This document shows, one piece after another, positions 27,042-40,680 of a stretch of 64,000 nt of DNA (position 1 is the first letter of the stretch; each line of letters starts with the position of its first letter). The notes under the pieces were generated by a model. The model searched no databases, had not been told where the DNA came from, and worked only from the letters and a program-made list of their open reading frames with translations. The stretch is from the NCBI GenBank assembly GCA_951406725.2, contig OX597815.1, positions 150,226,001 through 150,290,000 of the forward strand. The letters run 5' to 3'. The position numbers were made by a program, and so were the translations under genes. Source of the DNA: Octopus vulgaris (Eukaryota).

Positions 27042-27255
27042 CAGTTGCGGCCAAAATGTTCAGAACGGCATTGTTTTCGTCAGAAAAGTAGGTATAAGAT
27101 TTTATCAAAGTTGTTTTTTAGTCTATAATTTTTACAGACAATACATACAAAGTTCATTGTTATTGTCTGGGATTTTGGTGTAATTTGTGCGAATAATACA
27201 AAAATTATGGATGATTTTGTGATTTACTGCAAAACCCATGGCGGCCAAAATGATC
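27042..27255 (+). mobile_element. Solo IR/DR-type Tc1 terminal repeat
   Basis: TA|cagttgcggccaaaatg at 27042, with internal direct repeat gcggccaaaatg at 27241. Confidence 0.55.
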
Positions 27256-27926
27256 CATCGCAGGGTTACTCATTTAATATGAGTTAATATGAAATGTTTT
27301 GATCTGAAACACACTGCATCGCCCGGTCTAGGAAAAGGAACCTCAATCTTACGATCATTAGTCCATCACCCTAACCACCAGGCCATGCGCCACTAAAATA
27401 GCCTGTGGAAAACAATAAAAATGGTATCAGTTGAAGGGAGAGACGTCTTCATATTTCTCGTTCGGGACTGATTAGATTGTTAATTAAATCTATATACATA
27501 AATGTGTAATGGTGTCTGTCTCAGTGTGTGTCTGGGGCTACTCTAACCTATTTTAAGGATTTTTGTCACATAGGACTTTGAGTAGGTTTCAAGTGTAGGA
27601 GTGATAGCATGATGGGCTTCTCAGGTGAAAAATCAATTAAGGAAAACAGAAAATAAAATAGACCAAGTGATGAATAAGTGGATTAATATGATTGTTCTGC
27701 AAAGCGATATTTTCCTAAAATATACAAACAGGAAATATAGTGTTGGACTTGAGTGACAGCATTGGCTGGAGAGGAAAGTGGAACTGCAAATGAATAATAA
27801 TGGATAATTGAGGGGGAGATAAAGGAAATATACAGAAAGTAAAAATATGTTTAACTCTTAATATAAAACCCATACATACACATATGTGTGTATATAAATG
27901 CATGTGAATATGCATATGTGCAATAT

Positions 27927-27959
<33 letters not shown>

Positions 27960-27981
27960 CATATATATATGTATATATATG

Positions 27982-28203
27982 CAGCAATCCCTCGGCATTT
28001 CGCGGTTCACATATCGCGATTTATTGTGTAAGCTTACGTCGATTCCTCCGTGGTGTTTTGCAATTATAATAAAATGAATATATTCAAATTGTAAAAATAA
28101 TAAAACGAATATACATATACATTACAGTACTATTTCTACTTCGCGGATTTTCGCCTATCACGGGGAGTTTTGGAACGTAAAACGCGCAATAGTCGAGTGA
28201 TTA

Positions 28204-28206
<3 letters not shown>
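27982..28206. mobile_element. Tigger/pogo-like MITE, copy 2
   Basis: TIRs cagcaatccctcg and cgagtgattactg, within (TA)n; homologous to 11209-11435. Confidence 0.75.
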
Positions 28207-28239
<33 letters not shown>

Positions 28240-28395
28240 TGTACGAAAAACAACAAAGACAAAGGACGGTGAGAGGACAACCAGCAGGGTGTATTTGTTT
28301 GACATTCAGGAATAATGGAGGAGACCTTGACGTTTTAAGCTTATGTTCTTCTACAGAGAGAAAGGGCCAAAGAAAACAGATGAAGAGAAGAAACG
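28240..28395 (-). mobile_element. Third, decayed copy of the variant-HHR short element
   Basis: Minus strand CTGTAGA-agaacataagctt-aaaa-cg-TC; shares the caggaata and tgtatt segments with 26810-27015. Confidence 0.5.
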
Positions 28396-28991
28396 CGTAT
28401 ATGTATATATGATATATATTTACATATATATATGAATATCATGTGTATATATTTATATACATACATATGTGGATGGGCGAGGGAAGGTGAGGAACCTCAT
28501 TCGTATGTTTTGAATTCGTCGGTACTGGACGTTGAATATGATCTGTCTGATACTGTTTTGAATTGGATAGGTATGTCCAATTTTTTCCAGTGCTCTCAAA
28601 TTTAACATCGTGGAATCCTATGCTGAAGAGGAAAATGTTTGGGTGAAGTATGATTTTTACATTTTTCATACCGATTTAATTCCGAAACGCGTCCATAGGT
28701 TATCAAATACCGAGTGAATTTCGTTATTTTTCCTATATGTCTGCGTGGGTTATTTTGAGTATTTTGTTTTGTCTGAATGTCTCTTCTTATAGTAGAAGAA
28801 ATAGCTAAGATTCTTTGGCTGCTATTTCTGAACTTCGGTATGTGGTAAAGCAAATCTTTACTGAACCCTAATTATAAATATACTCGTAATTATAAAATAT
28901 TGTTTAAGTTTACCGAAAAATGGTCCTTTTTCATGCCGATTTCTACTTGATGGAATTATTAATTGCCCGTTAATTAATTAAGTTTATCCTT

Positions 28992-29039
<48 letters not shown>

Positions 29040-29148
29040 GGCTTCTTTCAGTTTTCGTTACGAAATCCACACACAAGGCTTTCGTCAGCCTGAGGTTATA
29101 GTAGAAGACACTTGCCCATGGTTGGTAAGCAAGCCTTTTGCCACATAG

Positions 29149-29235
<87 letters not shown>

Positions 29236-29639
29236 GTATCTAGCTTATAACTATTCTATGTAGATTAAGTAGGTCTATGTTATATGGACCGTTGCCTTTT
29301 ACTCTGTGAACGTAGTTATGTTGTATCTTTTATTATATCTGCTTTTAAACATAAGATTGGATGAGATTTCTGTGAAGCAAAACTAAAAGACTAGAAAATA
29401 ATATTTTGGTGTTAGAGTCAGATGGAAATCTACACAAATATACGAACTCAAGACGACACACTTACTTGGTCGCTGAAATATATGCAGAGAGGCTATAATA
29501 GGAACTGGTATACAGAAAGACAAGATGTTTAAAAGAAGCTATTTTATCGTAGTCTGGTCTGTAAAAAATGACCCCCCGGTGGATAAATAAGAAGGAGCGG
29601 CAGGAATAGACGTAGAAGGGGTAAGGGGAAGCAGATAAT

Positions 29640-30530
29640 CTTGTAGTAGTAGCAGCAGCAGCAATGACAAAATATAATGAAGATGATGATAATGCTAATA
29701 ACGATGGTGGTGGTGGTGGTGGTGGTGGTGGTGATGATGATGAGGATGATGATGAGGAGGAGGAGAAAGAGGAGGAGTGGAGGAGGGACGACAGGTACTA
29801 AAACAGAAAACCTGGAACGAGACTGAAATTTTCCATGAATGGTCAACAGAAATTACGATCATTTTGGCAGACATGAGCATGTAATTGTCTGCTGATTCCT
29901 ATAGACAAGAGTCTGTACTCTTGGCAGTGTCTGAGTAGAGAATGATGTGGCTGCTATTTCTAACAATGAGGGTGGGGTTGCTAGGTTGTTAGTAAATTGA
30001 TTTGGTGATAGTTGATAGTTACATGTTGCCAGATGATAATTTTTATCTTTAAAAATAATTAGAATTGGTAATTTTCGCTCAAAGCAAAAGATTGAAATGA
30101 TCGATTCTTGTGACGACGACGACAATGAGGATGATAATGATGAAGGTGACGACATCTGTGACGGTGATGATGATGGTGACGATGAGGACGACGACTACGA
30201 TGGCGATGACGGTAATAATGGTGATGATATTAATGATGAAGATGCTGACGACCACGATGACGATGTCGGTAATAATACTGATGATGATGATGACGACAAT
30301 GACAAGGATGACAATGATGGTTATGATGAGGATGATGAGGAGGAGGGGGAGGAGAAGGATTGGGAGGATGGTGATGACGGTGACCACAGCGTTGATTATG
30401 ATGCTAATGATGACGACGACGACGAAGACGATGAGCTGACGGTAATCATGATGATGGTGATGATGATGACCACGATGACAACAGCCACGAGAAGGCTATA
30501 GGGATGCTGTTGACGATGATGATGATTGTA
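29640..30530. repeat. Degenerate trinucleotide tracts (GGT/GAT/GAC/GAG)
   Basis: Direct inspection; these tracts produce the spurious Asp/His/Ile-rich ORFs. Confidence 0.9.
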
Positions 30531-30962
30531 ACGACGCTGTTGATATTGATTAAATACCACACTCTTGAAAAATGTTCTTTACGAATATATATATCCAACG
30601 TAAGCCGAATTCCGTTTATCTGGTAGTCAAGATTATTAGTCTGCATTGGCATGGTGTATTACACAATGGAAATAACTTTTCCCAGCCACTAAATTCATTT
30701 TTAGAAATGAAAAGTTGCTTAAACGCAGGAAGTAAAAACAGAAAAAAAAAGGAAGTAAAACCTACCGCAGAACATTTTGTCAGACGATTGACGGCTTAGT
30801 ATCAGTAGGCCGCTTAACAGCATATATCTACTAAGAATTGCATATAATGTTTAAAGCTACCACAGCATATATACCTTATACCAGGGGTCACGAAACATGT
30901 TTCGCGGTGAGCCGGATAAATGAGAGAAGGCAAAGCGCGGTCCGCATAACAATTTTGTTCAA

Positions 30963-31129
30963 TAGGCGTAGGAGTGGCTGTGTGGTAAGTACCTTGCTTA
31001 CCAACCACGTGGTTCCGAGTTCAGTACCACTGCGTGACACCTTGGGCAAGTGTCTTCTACTATAGCCTCGGGCCGATTAAAGTCTTGTGAGTGGATTTGG
31101 TAGACGGAAACTGAAAGAAGTCCGTCGTA

Positions 31130-31191
<62 letters not shown>

Positions 31192-31443
31192 AGTGTGTAT
31201 GTGTGTGTGTGTGTCTGTGTGTGTGTGTGTGTTTGTGTCTATTTTCGTCCCCCCAACATCGATTGACAACCGATGCTGGTGATGTGCTTACGTCCCCGTA
31301 ACTTAGCGGTTCGGCAAAAGAGACCGATAGAATAAGTACTAGGCTTACAAAGAATAAGTCCTGGGGTCGATTTGCTCGACTAAAGGCGGTGCTCCATCAT
31401 GGCCGCAGTCGAATAGCTGACACAAATAAAGGATAAAAGAATA
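30963..31443 (+). mobile_element. Full-length tRNA-like SINE family B with internal (TA)n(TG)n
   Basis: Head aggcgtaggagtggctgtgtggtaag (A box), ggttccgagttcagtacc (B box), conserved body and A-rich tail; many partial copies in the window. Confidence 0.9.
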
Positions 31444-31479
31444 TCCGAATCTCAAAAACTAAGCAGCAAAAATAGCTAG

Positions 31480-31775
31480 TGAGATTTGTGAAACTGGTGT
31501 TTAAATTTTAAGATATCATCAATATTTGCTTTGGAATTGCCGCATCCAACCTAGCGAGTTGCTTTGAAAATGTTTATCAGTCAACTTCGTTCGATGTGCT
31601 AACTTGACATTCTCCTTACTGAAAATGAGCTGTTCCAAACACTGATGCTATACCAGAGGCAAAGAAACTGTCATTGCAGGTACTTTGACAAAAGGTACAG
31701 TGCGGTGGTGTGCCGGATGAAATGACCTCTCGGACTGGATCCGGTACATGGGCCATAGTTTGGTGACCACCCCGT
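31480..31775 (-). mobile_element. hAT (Charlie/Buster-like) remnant
   Basis: Minus strand NVKLAHRTKLTDKH resembles the hAT C-terminal dimerisation region; plus-strand ggatccggtacatgggccatagtttggtgacc resembles Charlie-type ends. Confidence 0.55.
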
Positions 31776-32044
31776 GCATTATACTGATAGTATATTATAT
31801 ATTATATATGGCTTCTATCAAATAAATGGTAAAGAGGGGAAGAGTGATAACACATTTCTTTTTGGAGTTGAGGCTTTCTTACTGGCGAGTTCGAATTCTG
31901 CCACGGTAGACTTTGCCTTTTATCCTCTCCGAGTCAATAGAATAGGTATCAATTAAATACTAGTGTTGATACAATCGACTTTCCCCTCCCTTCAGATTTC
32001 AGGCCTTTTGCCTATAATATTAAAAACATTTTAGTACAAATAAT

Positions 32045-32648
32045 GGTTTCAAATTTTGTTTCAAGTGCAACCATCTTTGTGGGGAGGGGATGAGTCGGCC
32101 GCATTCACTCCAGTGTTCAACTGGTATTTATTTTATCGAACCCAATGTGATGAAAGGCTTCGTCGACCTTCCCGGAATTTGAACTCACCCCTAAATATTT
32201 TGCCTGGCTAGCTAACGATTCTTTTCTACTCTAAGCACAAGGCCCGAAATTTTAGGAGAGGTGGCCAGTCGTTAAGATCGACCTTAGTACGCAACTGGCA
32301 CTTGACTTATCGAACGCAAAATGATGAAAGGCAAAGTCGACTTCGGTGGAATTTGAACTCAGAACGTAAAGACAGGCGAAATACCTCTAAGCAATTCGCC
32401 CGAATTTTTAGCGTTTCTGCCAGCTCGCCGCCTTAAATATTATTTTGTACTCTAAGCACAAGGCCCGAAACTTTTGGGGAAGGGGCCAGTCGGTTAGTTC
32501 AACTCCAGTACGCAATTGGTACTAAATTTATCGACCCCGAAGGGATGGAAAGCAAAGTCAACCTCGGCAGAATTTGAACATAAAGGCAGACGCAATACCC
32601 CTAAGCATTTCACCCGGCGTACTAACGTTCTACCAGCTCGCCACCTTC
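32045..32648 (-). mobile_element. Three tandem SINE family A copies
   Basis: Units at about 32045-32220, 32221-32434 and 32445-32648. Confidence 0.9.
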
Positions 32649-33681
32649 AATTTTGGTGCTAATAATAACCTTTCGTTGTGTGCTTAAATTGCTTTTACAA
32701 AATTGAATTTGTCTGAAGAGGTTCTACACCATCATCACTTTCATCATTCCTCGTATCATGCAATCGTTACTTAAATTTCATCACTATATCTTTCACTTTG
32801 ATGCTATCATCATCTTCATTACTGTTAACGTAGTCGCCATTATCATCAGCTTCATTAACGTCATCATCATCATCTTCACATGACCATCATCATTATCCTC
32901 AAACTTATCATCAATATCGTCATCATCCTCACCATCATCATCATTATCATCATCACCTTCATCATCTTAGTCACCCCTTTCTGCATTAGCTGTTTTTCCT
33001 ATGTATTTTCTTCCATCGCATACCTCCCTCATTCCCAATGATCAATCAGTACCTGTAATATATACTAATTATGGCCATAAATAGCACTCCGACAAATATG
33101 CTATAACATTTCCACTCCACCTGCTGCAAACAATAACCACGGCTACGTTATATTATATTTTGAGACCTTGACGTCTCAAAAAAGAAAATAAAAGACAAAA
33201 AGAAACATATTGGGCGATGCAATTATACAGTATGGATTCCCTAATGTATGACAAAGATGGGATTATCTTGATTTAAGTGTGTTTGTGATATATTTGCTAG
33301 TTCATGGTTGACTGGAGTTGAACAAAAGCAACAACGCCAGACTATTCCCTGAACCTACAACAAAAATTAAAGTTATCTCCCTTTAGGCAGTTGCCATTTA
33401 GATAAGTTATTTCATCAGTAGCATAATGCACGGTATCTTTTGTTCTTGTTTTATTTTAATTCTTGGACTGCGACCTTACTGAGGCAGCGCCTCAAAGTGT
33501 TTTAGTCGAACAAATCGATTCAAGATTAATGTCGTTGTTATTATATTTGGTTATTATTCTATCGCTTCCATTTAACAAACCACTAATTACGGGGACGTAA
33601 ACGAACCAACACCACTAGAATGTGACAGAGACGCAGAAACGCACACACACACACATATATATATATATGAGTGTATGTATA

Positions 33682-33728
<47 letters not shown>

Positions 33729-34433
33729 GTATGTATATATAATATTATTAACTAAGAGAATTCTCTGTTGGAGAATCTCAATTGATCAACATGGAGTTTT
33801 ATTAATGTCTATTTGTCTCTGAAGATATTTTATTTTAAATATTCAAAAAGCAACCTTATTCTATTCTATAGATTTGTATTGAGTGTGAATTAAAACAACT
33901 GTAGGCCTTATTAAAATGTTAATAAATCAATTTATATCCATTAAATATCTCCATTTTCTTAATAATATTCGATATTAATAATATACTTATTTTTATATTG
34001 ACGAGATATTTCTCAACAATACCAGTAAAACTTGGATGAAACTCTACCTATAACAGGTTTATATATCGTCGTAGTCACTGACGGGCTTCCACACAATTTA
34101 GGCCTACCAAATTCACTCAGAAGACACTGATCGGCCTAGGATTATAATATAAAAAAACAAAAAACACTTGCCTTTGTATCCTCACCGAAACCTCGTAGAT
34201 GCGAAGTGAACTTTATAAACTACACAAGCATGTCTCTTCGAGTATGACATACAGTTGTATACTTAGGTTTTTTAACCTACATACAAAACTCCTGTTATAA
34301 TACTTTTGTGTTTATTTAAATGTATTCAACGACGGAATTCATTCTTTTTTTCTGTTTTTGTTGCCAATGGTAGTAGAATGGCACTTTGAAATATCTGTCC
34401 ATGCAACTGAGAACTTCTGTGCAAATACAAAAC

Positions 34434-34470
<37 letters not shown>

Positions 34471-34548
34471 TTCGAACATATAACAGAATTTAGAGAGATA
34501 AGTATATGAAATTAGATTAGTATTTCTTTTTCTCGCCGTTTGTCACTT

Positions 34549-35730
34549 CACGCTGCGTTCAACACAAGATTAGAGGGTGTTACTGAATCAACCAGTTCTT
34601 GAAAATAAATCGGAAGGCAGTGAGCGAAATATCATGACGGATGGATGGCAAGTATCTGCAGAAGGGAACTAAATTGTTTTTCACCGTGATAAATGTTATT
34701 GAAGCAGTAAGTATCAGTGTTGGTGATAAATACAAACCGAATTGCAAATTCTATATTTTGCAATAGGAATGTCTTTACCTAATGCTATCTTGAAACTTAC
34801 CATTCCATTCAGTTTGTAAACTTGTTCAATTCTTTTATCAAAGATAGATATTCTTGCATAATTTTGTTTCTTTTGCTATGTCTAACTTCTCCACATGTAT
34901 AAACACCCAAATTTTCTCACTAATCATTATCTATACTGCCATTATTTCTCGTGAAACGTTAAAATATAACAGCTGGTTATCGCTTAGCTCTTTGGTGGAA
35001 AACATTAGAAAGTGAAACTTGTTACTGAGTTCAATAAAAACAATAACAAAGATAAGCTGGTTCTACACCGGCTTCATTAATGCTACACACCAATCTACGC
35101 TCTGCTTTCGTCATGTTTTTTTCCCCCCAACTTGCTGTAGTTTTATTCCATTAAGCTCTAAACATTTGTATTTCAAACGAATATTTACCAATAAAATTTT
35201 TTTTCAGTCCATCCCTCTAATTTTCATGTGATCCTGTACTTTGCTACATTTTTAATGAATTTTGTTTGACGTTTGACTTTCTAATCTGTTCCAGAGGTAA
35301 GAGATAACTAGCTGTTATATTTTAACGTTTCACAAGAAATAATGACTCTACAGATAATGATGAGTGAAAAATGTTAGGTTTTTATACATGTGGAGAACTT
35401 AGACATGGTAAAAATTTATGCAAGAATATTTATCTTTGATAAAAGAATTGAGTAAATTCACAAACAGAATGGAATGGAAAGCTTCAAGATAGCATTAGGT
35501 AAAGTCATGTTTGTTTTCTAAAATTAGAAATTTGCATTTTGGTTTGTATTTATCAACATCGCTGATACTTACTGCATCAATAACTTTTACTAGAGTGAAA
35601 AAGAATTCGGTTTCCTTCTGCTGATACATTGCATCATTATTTCACGATATTTCGCTCACTGCATTCCGATTTATCTTCAGGAACTGGTTGGTTCAGTAAC
35701 ACCCTACAATCTTGTGTTGAACGCAGCGTG
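34549..35730. mobile_element. Non-autonomous foldback-like DNA element with arms of about 490 bp
   Basis: cacgctgcgttcaacacaagat... (34549-35040) is the diverged reverse complement of 35249-35730; spacer about 210 bp; no ORF. Confidence 0.85.
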
Positions 35731-36329
35731 CAGTACCAGCAATTTTTTAATGTCAGTATGTTAGTCGATACCATCGAATTGTACTCTATTCTCTTGAGCC
35801 TGAAGTGATGAATTTCAAACTTTACCTCGGCGAAATTTGAACCCGGAACGTAAAGAGCCGGAAGAAAATTTGTAATGCATATCTTCCGCCACTCTAGCAA
35901 CTCTACCAACTGACCTCCTTTATAATTTGGAATAATCCTTTCTATTGCAGGTACAAAGGCCGGGTTTTGGTGGGGAGGAGGATAGTCGATCACATCGCCC
36001 CCAGTACTCAACTGGTACTTGATTTACAGACTCCGAAAGTATGAAAGGCAAATCGAGCTCAGTAGAATTTGAACTCAGAACGTTTGCCCACCGGGGGCCA
36101 AACATAGAAATGGACAGAACAACTGAAGAGATCAGTAAAGCGATATGACTTTACTTATCATGTGACTTTAAAAATTTAAATACAATATATGACAAACCGA
36201 ATGGAATTACCAATACAAAGACAATACAAATGAAGCGATGATCAGGCCACGCTCCGACCCCACAAGCCCCGATCTACCGCTGGTACCTTTTTTGTTCTTT
36301 TTTTTTTCGTCTATTCACACGGTTCCTTG

Positions 36330-39250
36330 CACGCACAACACTCGTGCAACACGCTTCCATCTCTTTTGAAACGTAGACTCCGACAGACATCTCTTCTCCA
36401 ACTACAGCTTCCTTTTCAAAGGAAAAGAAAAAAATGATCGTAAATTGTGGCAAGAGATAAAGTTGCCTGACTGAATTCCTTTTATCCTAGTTTTCCATAC
36501 TGCCTCTTTCGCTATTGCTACAACGTGAGAAAACAATTCTTACCTTCGTTCGTTAAAACTCCCGGTGGGTCAATTATTATAATTGACTCAGTGGACAGCT
36601 ATACTCTTCCTTCGCTGGACAATAGGTGTTCAGCATAAGCCCACATTTCAGTTATCTCCAGACATTGAACAATAGCGTGAAGGACGGTTTCCCTGTGTCT
36701 CTCCCCACTGCATCTTGGACAGGTCAGCGACTGACGCTTACCATGTCTTGCGAGCTTATCCCAAACGAGCATTGCCAGGTTTAGGACTTTTGGAAGTTAT
36801 CTAACGTCCTCAACCCGAATGTACGGTGAAACCGGCTGTCCAGTTGAATACACCCGAGACCCAGAGTCGCCCCCAGACCATCGTCGCATTCAGGCTCTAC
36901 CAACCCACTATATACAATCCGTGTTGAACCCCCACCGCTGGCATTTCCCGAGCGCTAGAATAGCAAGTGGGATTTACGGCACTCTTTATGCCATGCACTC
37001 GACCTCGGTCTACGAGAACACCAGGCTTCCTGTTCGCAAAAACTTTTGAACTCGGGGAACATATGTTTGGTCTGCGGAGACCACACCCGTTCACTGTCCA
37101 GGAGAATCCAGAGGTGCCCCAACCTCAACGCATGTCTGCGCATCATTAACCAAGGCAACCCTAAACCTCCCTTTAAAGGCTTTTCACAGCAGACAGAGCG
37201 TTTCACAAGTGGTGACCTGTCCTTCCACAAAAAAAAACGTAAGAGCTGTCTCTCCAACCTGATAAACCACGAATCCAGACTGGGCACGACGGTCAGTGGT
37301 AGGTAATGACCAATGCAATAAACACATTGACCACCTCCGCCCTCCCTTTCAGGGATAGCCACCGCAAAGACCAGGTCTTGACTACTGCAGCCACCCTGCT
37401 CAATAACTCCGTCCACTTCTTCTCTATTTGGAGGCCTGGTCCAAACCAAACTGCCAGCAACTTAACCGGTCCCTCCGTACAGCGCCTATCAATGCTGTCT
37501 GAAGGCATCGACTTGCTAATCCAGGTGCCAAGCTGCAACCCGACCGACTTTTCCCGGTTAATCTTTGCTCCTGGCACCTTCCCGTAAACCTCAATAGCCT
37601 TACTCACTTCACGTAGGCGTGCTACCGAGGTTACGCTAATAGTGATATCATCCACGTAAGCCGGAGCAAACTCCTCTAGATCTTATTTTCTCGGGATGAC
37701 ACTCAACCTTCAAAGTAGGGTCTCGAGAGCCATCACATGCAAAATTGGTGAGAGCGGATATTCTTGACGAACCGTGCGTCTGATGCAGAACGGCTTCGAA
37801 AGGAAACCGTCCACCCAAACTATCGAGTGAAAGTAGTGGTACAACAGTAGATGCCCGAAGAAGTCTGGCATGCATTTATACAGCTCGTACGGAAGAGCAT
37901 CAGGTCCCGGCGACTTACCCGCTTTACAGTCGACCAAAGCCTCCATCACCTCCACAGGCGTGATTGGCCCTTCGCAAGACTCCGCATCCGACCTCGAGAG
38001 GCACGGCAATCCGGCAAGAAAGTCCTAGAGGGCTCTTCCACCACCAGGACCACCGTCCCTCCCGAACAGCTGGGCGAAGTACTCCCGAAAGGCCTCACAC
38101 ATTTTCTCGGGTTCATTTATCAAGATACCATTTTGATTCGTCAAAGATCGAATAGTGGAAATATTTCCTTGCCGAGCTTCCACCACTCGGGCCCATCCCA
38201 CGGCCTTGATTCCTTCACTTACCATCGCACGTAACTTAGCTCTGGCAATACCTCTCAGGTGTTGGGCTTCAAGATGCTGGTTTAGCTCCAGTCTTTTCAC
38301 CCTCGCTTATTCCGCATTACCAGTCCTCCAGGCTTCTTCTAGTTCCTTAACTAGACCATCTCCTATTCTACGTCCCTTCTTGGCTAAATTTATGCTAAAA
38401 CTAATAGACTCATATTTGATGGCTCTTTTTAGGACGTACCACCATTTGTTATTAATGAAGGTACCTGTTAATGCCCTCTGTATTAACATCTTGATTCGCT
38501 TTCTGTACTCGTTAATCGCCAAAAGGGACGTATTAAGTTTCCAGTAGCCAGATCCCTGACTATGCAACGTATCTACCATCTTGTGGTCACTGTAGCTGAC
38601 TAGAAAAAACTGTAAACACTGCTATGGACTTATCTGTTTCTAGATATCCTATCTAGATATCTTCTGGAAGACCCGTCACTATTTGACCACGTCCACTGTG
38701 GAGTGTTCGGTTGTTCCAACCTATATGGATCTGCTAGCTGAAATTGACTTAGCAGAACCTGTAACCCCGGGTTACATTTTCTGTTCATGTTAGAGCCAAC
38801 ACAATCTGTGTGTGCTTCTCTTGTTGTGTTAAAGTCTCCTAACAATACTAGCGAATGCGACGTGGTTAGGAACTTGCCCGGGTCACGAAAATATTCACTT
38901 TGTAGGCCCATAATGTTGGGTGCATAAATAGCGACTAGCCTGATTATCTTGCCACAATCGAATGTCAGGTCAAGAACGACTAGCATGCCTTCTGGGTCAG
39001 AAAAACAAACTTTTTCTAGGCTACACGGTTTCTTTTTAGTAGGACCAACACCACCACCTCCCACGACTCGGAGAAACATATTTCTCGTAGCCGCTCAGGA
39101 GGGGGAGCAGATCTCTTGGCCCCATCACCCGGGTTTCTATTGCAACAATTACATCCAAATTTCTCGACCTGATGTTATTTAGGAAGCCCCCTTACTTCCA
39201 AATTGACATCAGGAAACGAACATTTATACAACCAATGTGAATAGACGTGA
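36330..39250 (-). pseudogene. LINE ORF2: APE endonuclease plus reverse transcriptase, frameshifted
   Basis: IGCINVR, AIYAPN, LLGDFN, WTW...YLDRI, GSGYWKLNTSLL, GKSPGPDALPYELYK, VRQEYPLSP, (Y)VDD, GAKINREKS, LSLKGRAEVVN, KGGLGLP. Confidence 0.92.
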
Positions 39251-39379
39251 CTTACCTTTTAGATCGGGGCGTCCTGTGGAGAGGGACTTAGATTGGTGAA
39301 AATCGAATCTCAATGTTGAGACTAATTTTCTATGTGTTAAGATAATATACATTTTTTTGTGTCCAATTCGTAAAAGTCA

Positions 39380-40498
39380 TAGTTTTTATATTTATCTGAC
39401 AGTTCAATTAATCTGGTTGCTGATTTTTGCTTTTTATCTTTCGCAGTAAGTCTTCGTTTTTGCTGTGTAGTGCAGCTATCCCTCTGCTCGTCACCCCTCC
39501 CCATCCTCGGTCTGTCTCTCTTGGTTTTTTTTTGGGGGGTGGGGGCTCGGCTCGCTCTGCTTTTGCTGGTTCGTGCTTTCTATTTTCCTTTTCTTATTTA
39601 TTTTCCTTCCGTTTCTCTGTCTCTCATCACCATCTGAGTCTTCTACACCTTTACAATATTATTTAATGTGACACAGTTAGGCACACCGGAGTCATTAGGA
39701 CTTACGCCCCTCAACAAAAATATTTAGAATTTCCTTCTGTACTTCCACGATTTCTGGGAGCTGTTCTAAATTTTTTGGTCAGCCTGCAGTATGAGGTTAA
39801 GCGTTTGACCAGTCCAATAGGTATTCTCTATGACGGTAACCTGCAGGAGGTTAATATTATCTCCCCTGTTTGCCAGGACTGCCGCCATCAAGCGCATAGG
39901 GTTTACTCCAGGTCGAACACTTAATATTCTCACCGTTGATGTTCTCATTCCCATGTAAATTAGGATTAACATTGTGTCTTCCGACTCTAAAGATTTTACA
40001 GGGTGTTTTTGTGCCGTTTCTGGATTCTTGAACCTCATCACGATGGTTCCAAACTTCTTCCCTCTGGTTAGATATTTAATGTCCTGTCATATGGGTTTTA
40101 GACATTTTTCAAATTTGTGCTCACATATCTTATCAATTTTACGAATTTTTAAGCAGAATGTCTTAAAAATAATATTTTTTTTCCTTCGTTAATTCTTCTG
40201 GTATTTCCACTTTTACTATTCCATCTCGTTCTGTTATCACATCTTTGTATTTTAGTAATTCATTTTTGTCAGTTGTCCGCTGTTGCGTTCCACTACCAGC
40301 TGCTGACGCAAAACTTTTCCTTTCTTCATTTTGGATGGTCCTTTCTTCTATATTTCTTTTGGTGTTCGTAACTTTTGGTAATGCTGGGAATTTGATTTCC
40401 GACACATCAGAAACATTATCAAAAATTAAACTCTCTATTTTCTTTGCTTCTCGCTCAGTCGATGATTCATCACCCGACGAAGACACAATTTTCGGCAT
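39380..40498 (-). pseudogene. LINE ORF1 (gag-like, decayed CCHC zinc knuckle)
   Basis: ORFs 40163-40498 and 39766-40041; KSFASAA motif; FVEGR followed by a degenerate Cx2Cx4Hx4C near 39660-39720. Confidence 0.7.
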
Positions 40499-40680
40499 CT
40501 TGCCGGCAATTAATGTTTTCCCCCACAGGGGAAAACCACAGATAGCGTTCGAAAGAAAACTATACTACAATTGTTTACACAATAAGTCCAACAATAAGCG
40601 CAACAAGAGATATAACAATTAACAGAAACTTATGAACACACTCCAATCATAAATTTTCAATAACAGATGTACGAAATACC

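Larger units (their letters stand above)
36083..40660 (-). mobile_element. Near full-length decayed L1/Tx1-type LINE
   Basis: ORF1 and ORF2 remnants in the expected order (see sub-features); interrupts a SINE family A head. Confidence 0.92.

Noticed and set aside
28440-28990. Possible Penelope ORF N-terminal fragment between (TA)n tracts
   Set aside because: No diagnostic motif could be read with confidence
30097-30501. Asp/Glu-rich 134-aa ORF
   Set aside because: Degenerate trinucleotide repeat with no non-repetitive domain
30963-31040. tRNA gene
   Set aside because: A/B boxes belong to a SINE head that continues into the SINE body; no cloverleaf evident
33815-33860. CTGAAGA...AAAA hammerhead-like motif
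   Set aside because: GAAA box and stems I and III are not convincingly present
37306-38547. Plus-strand ORFs overlapping the LINE
   Set aside because: Antisense shadows of ORF2
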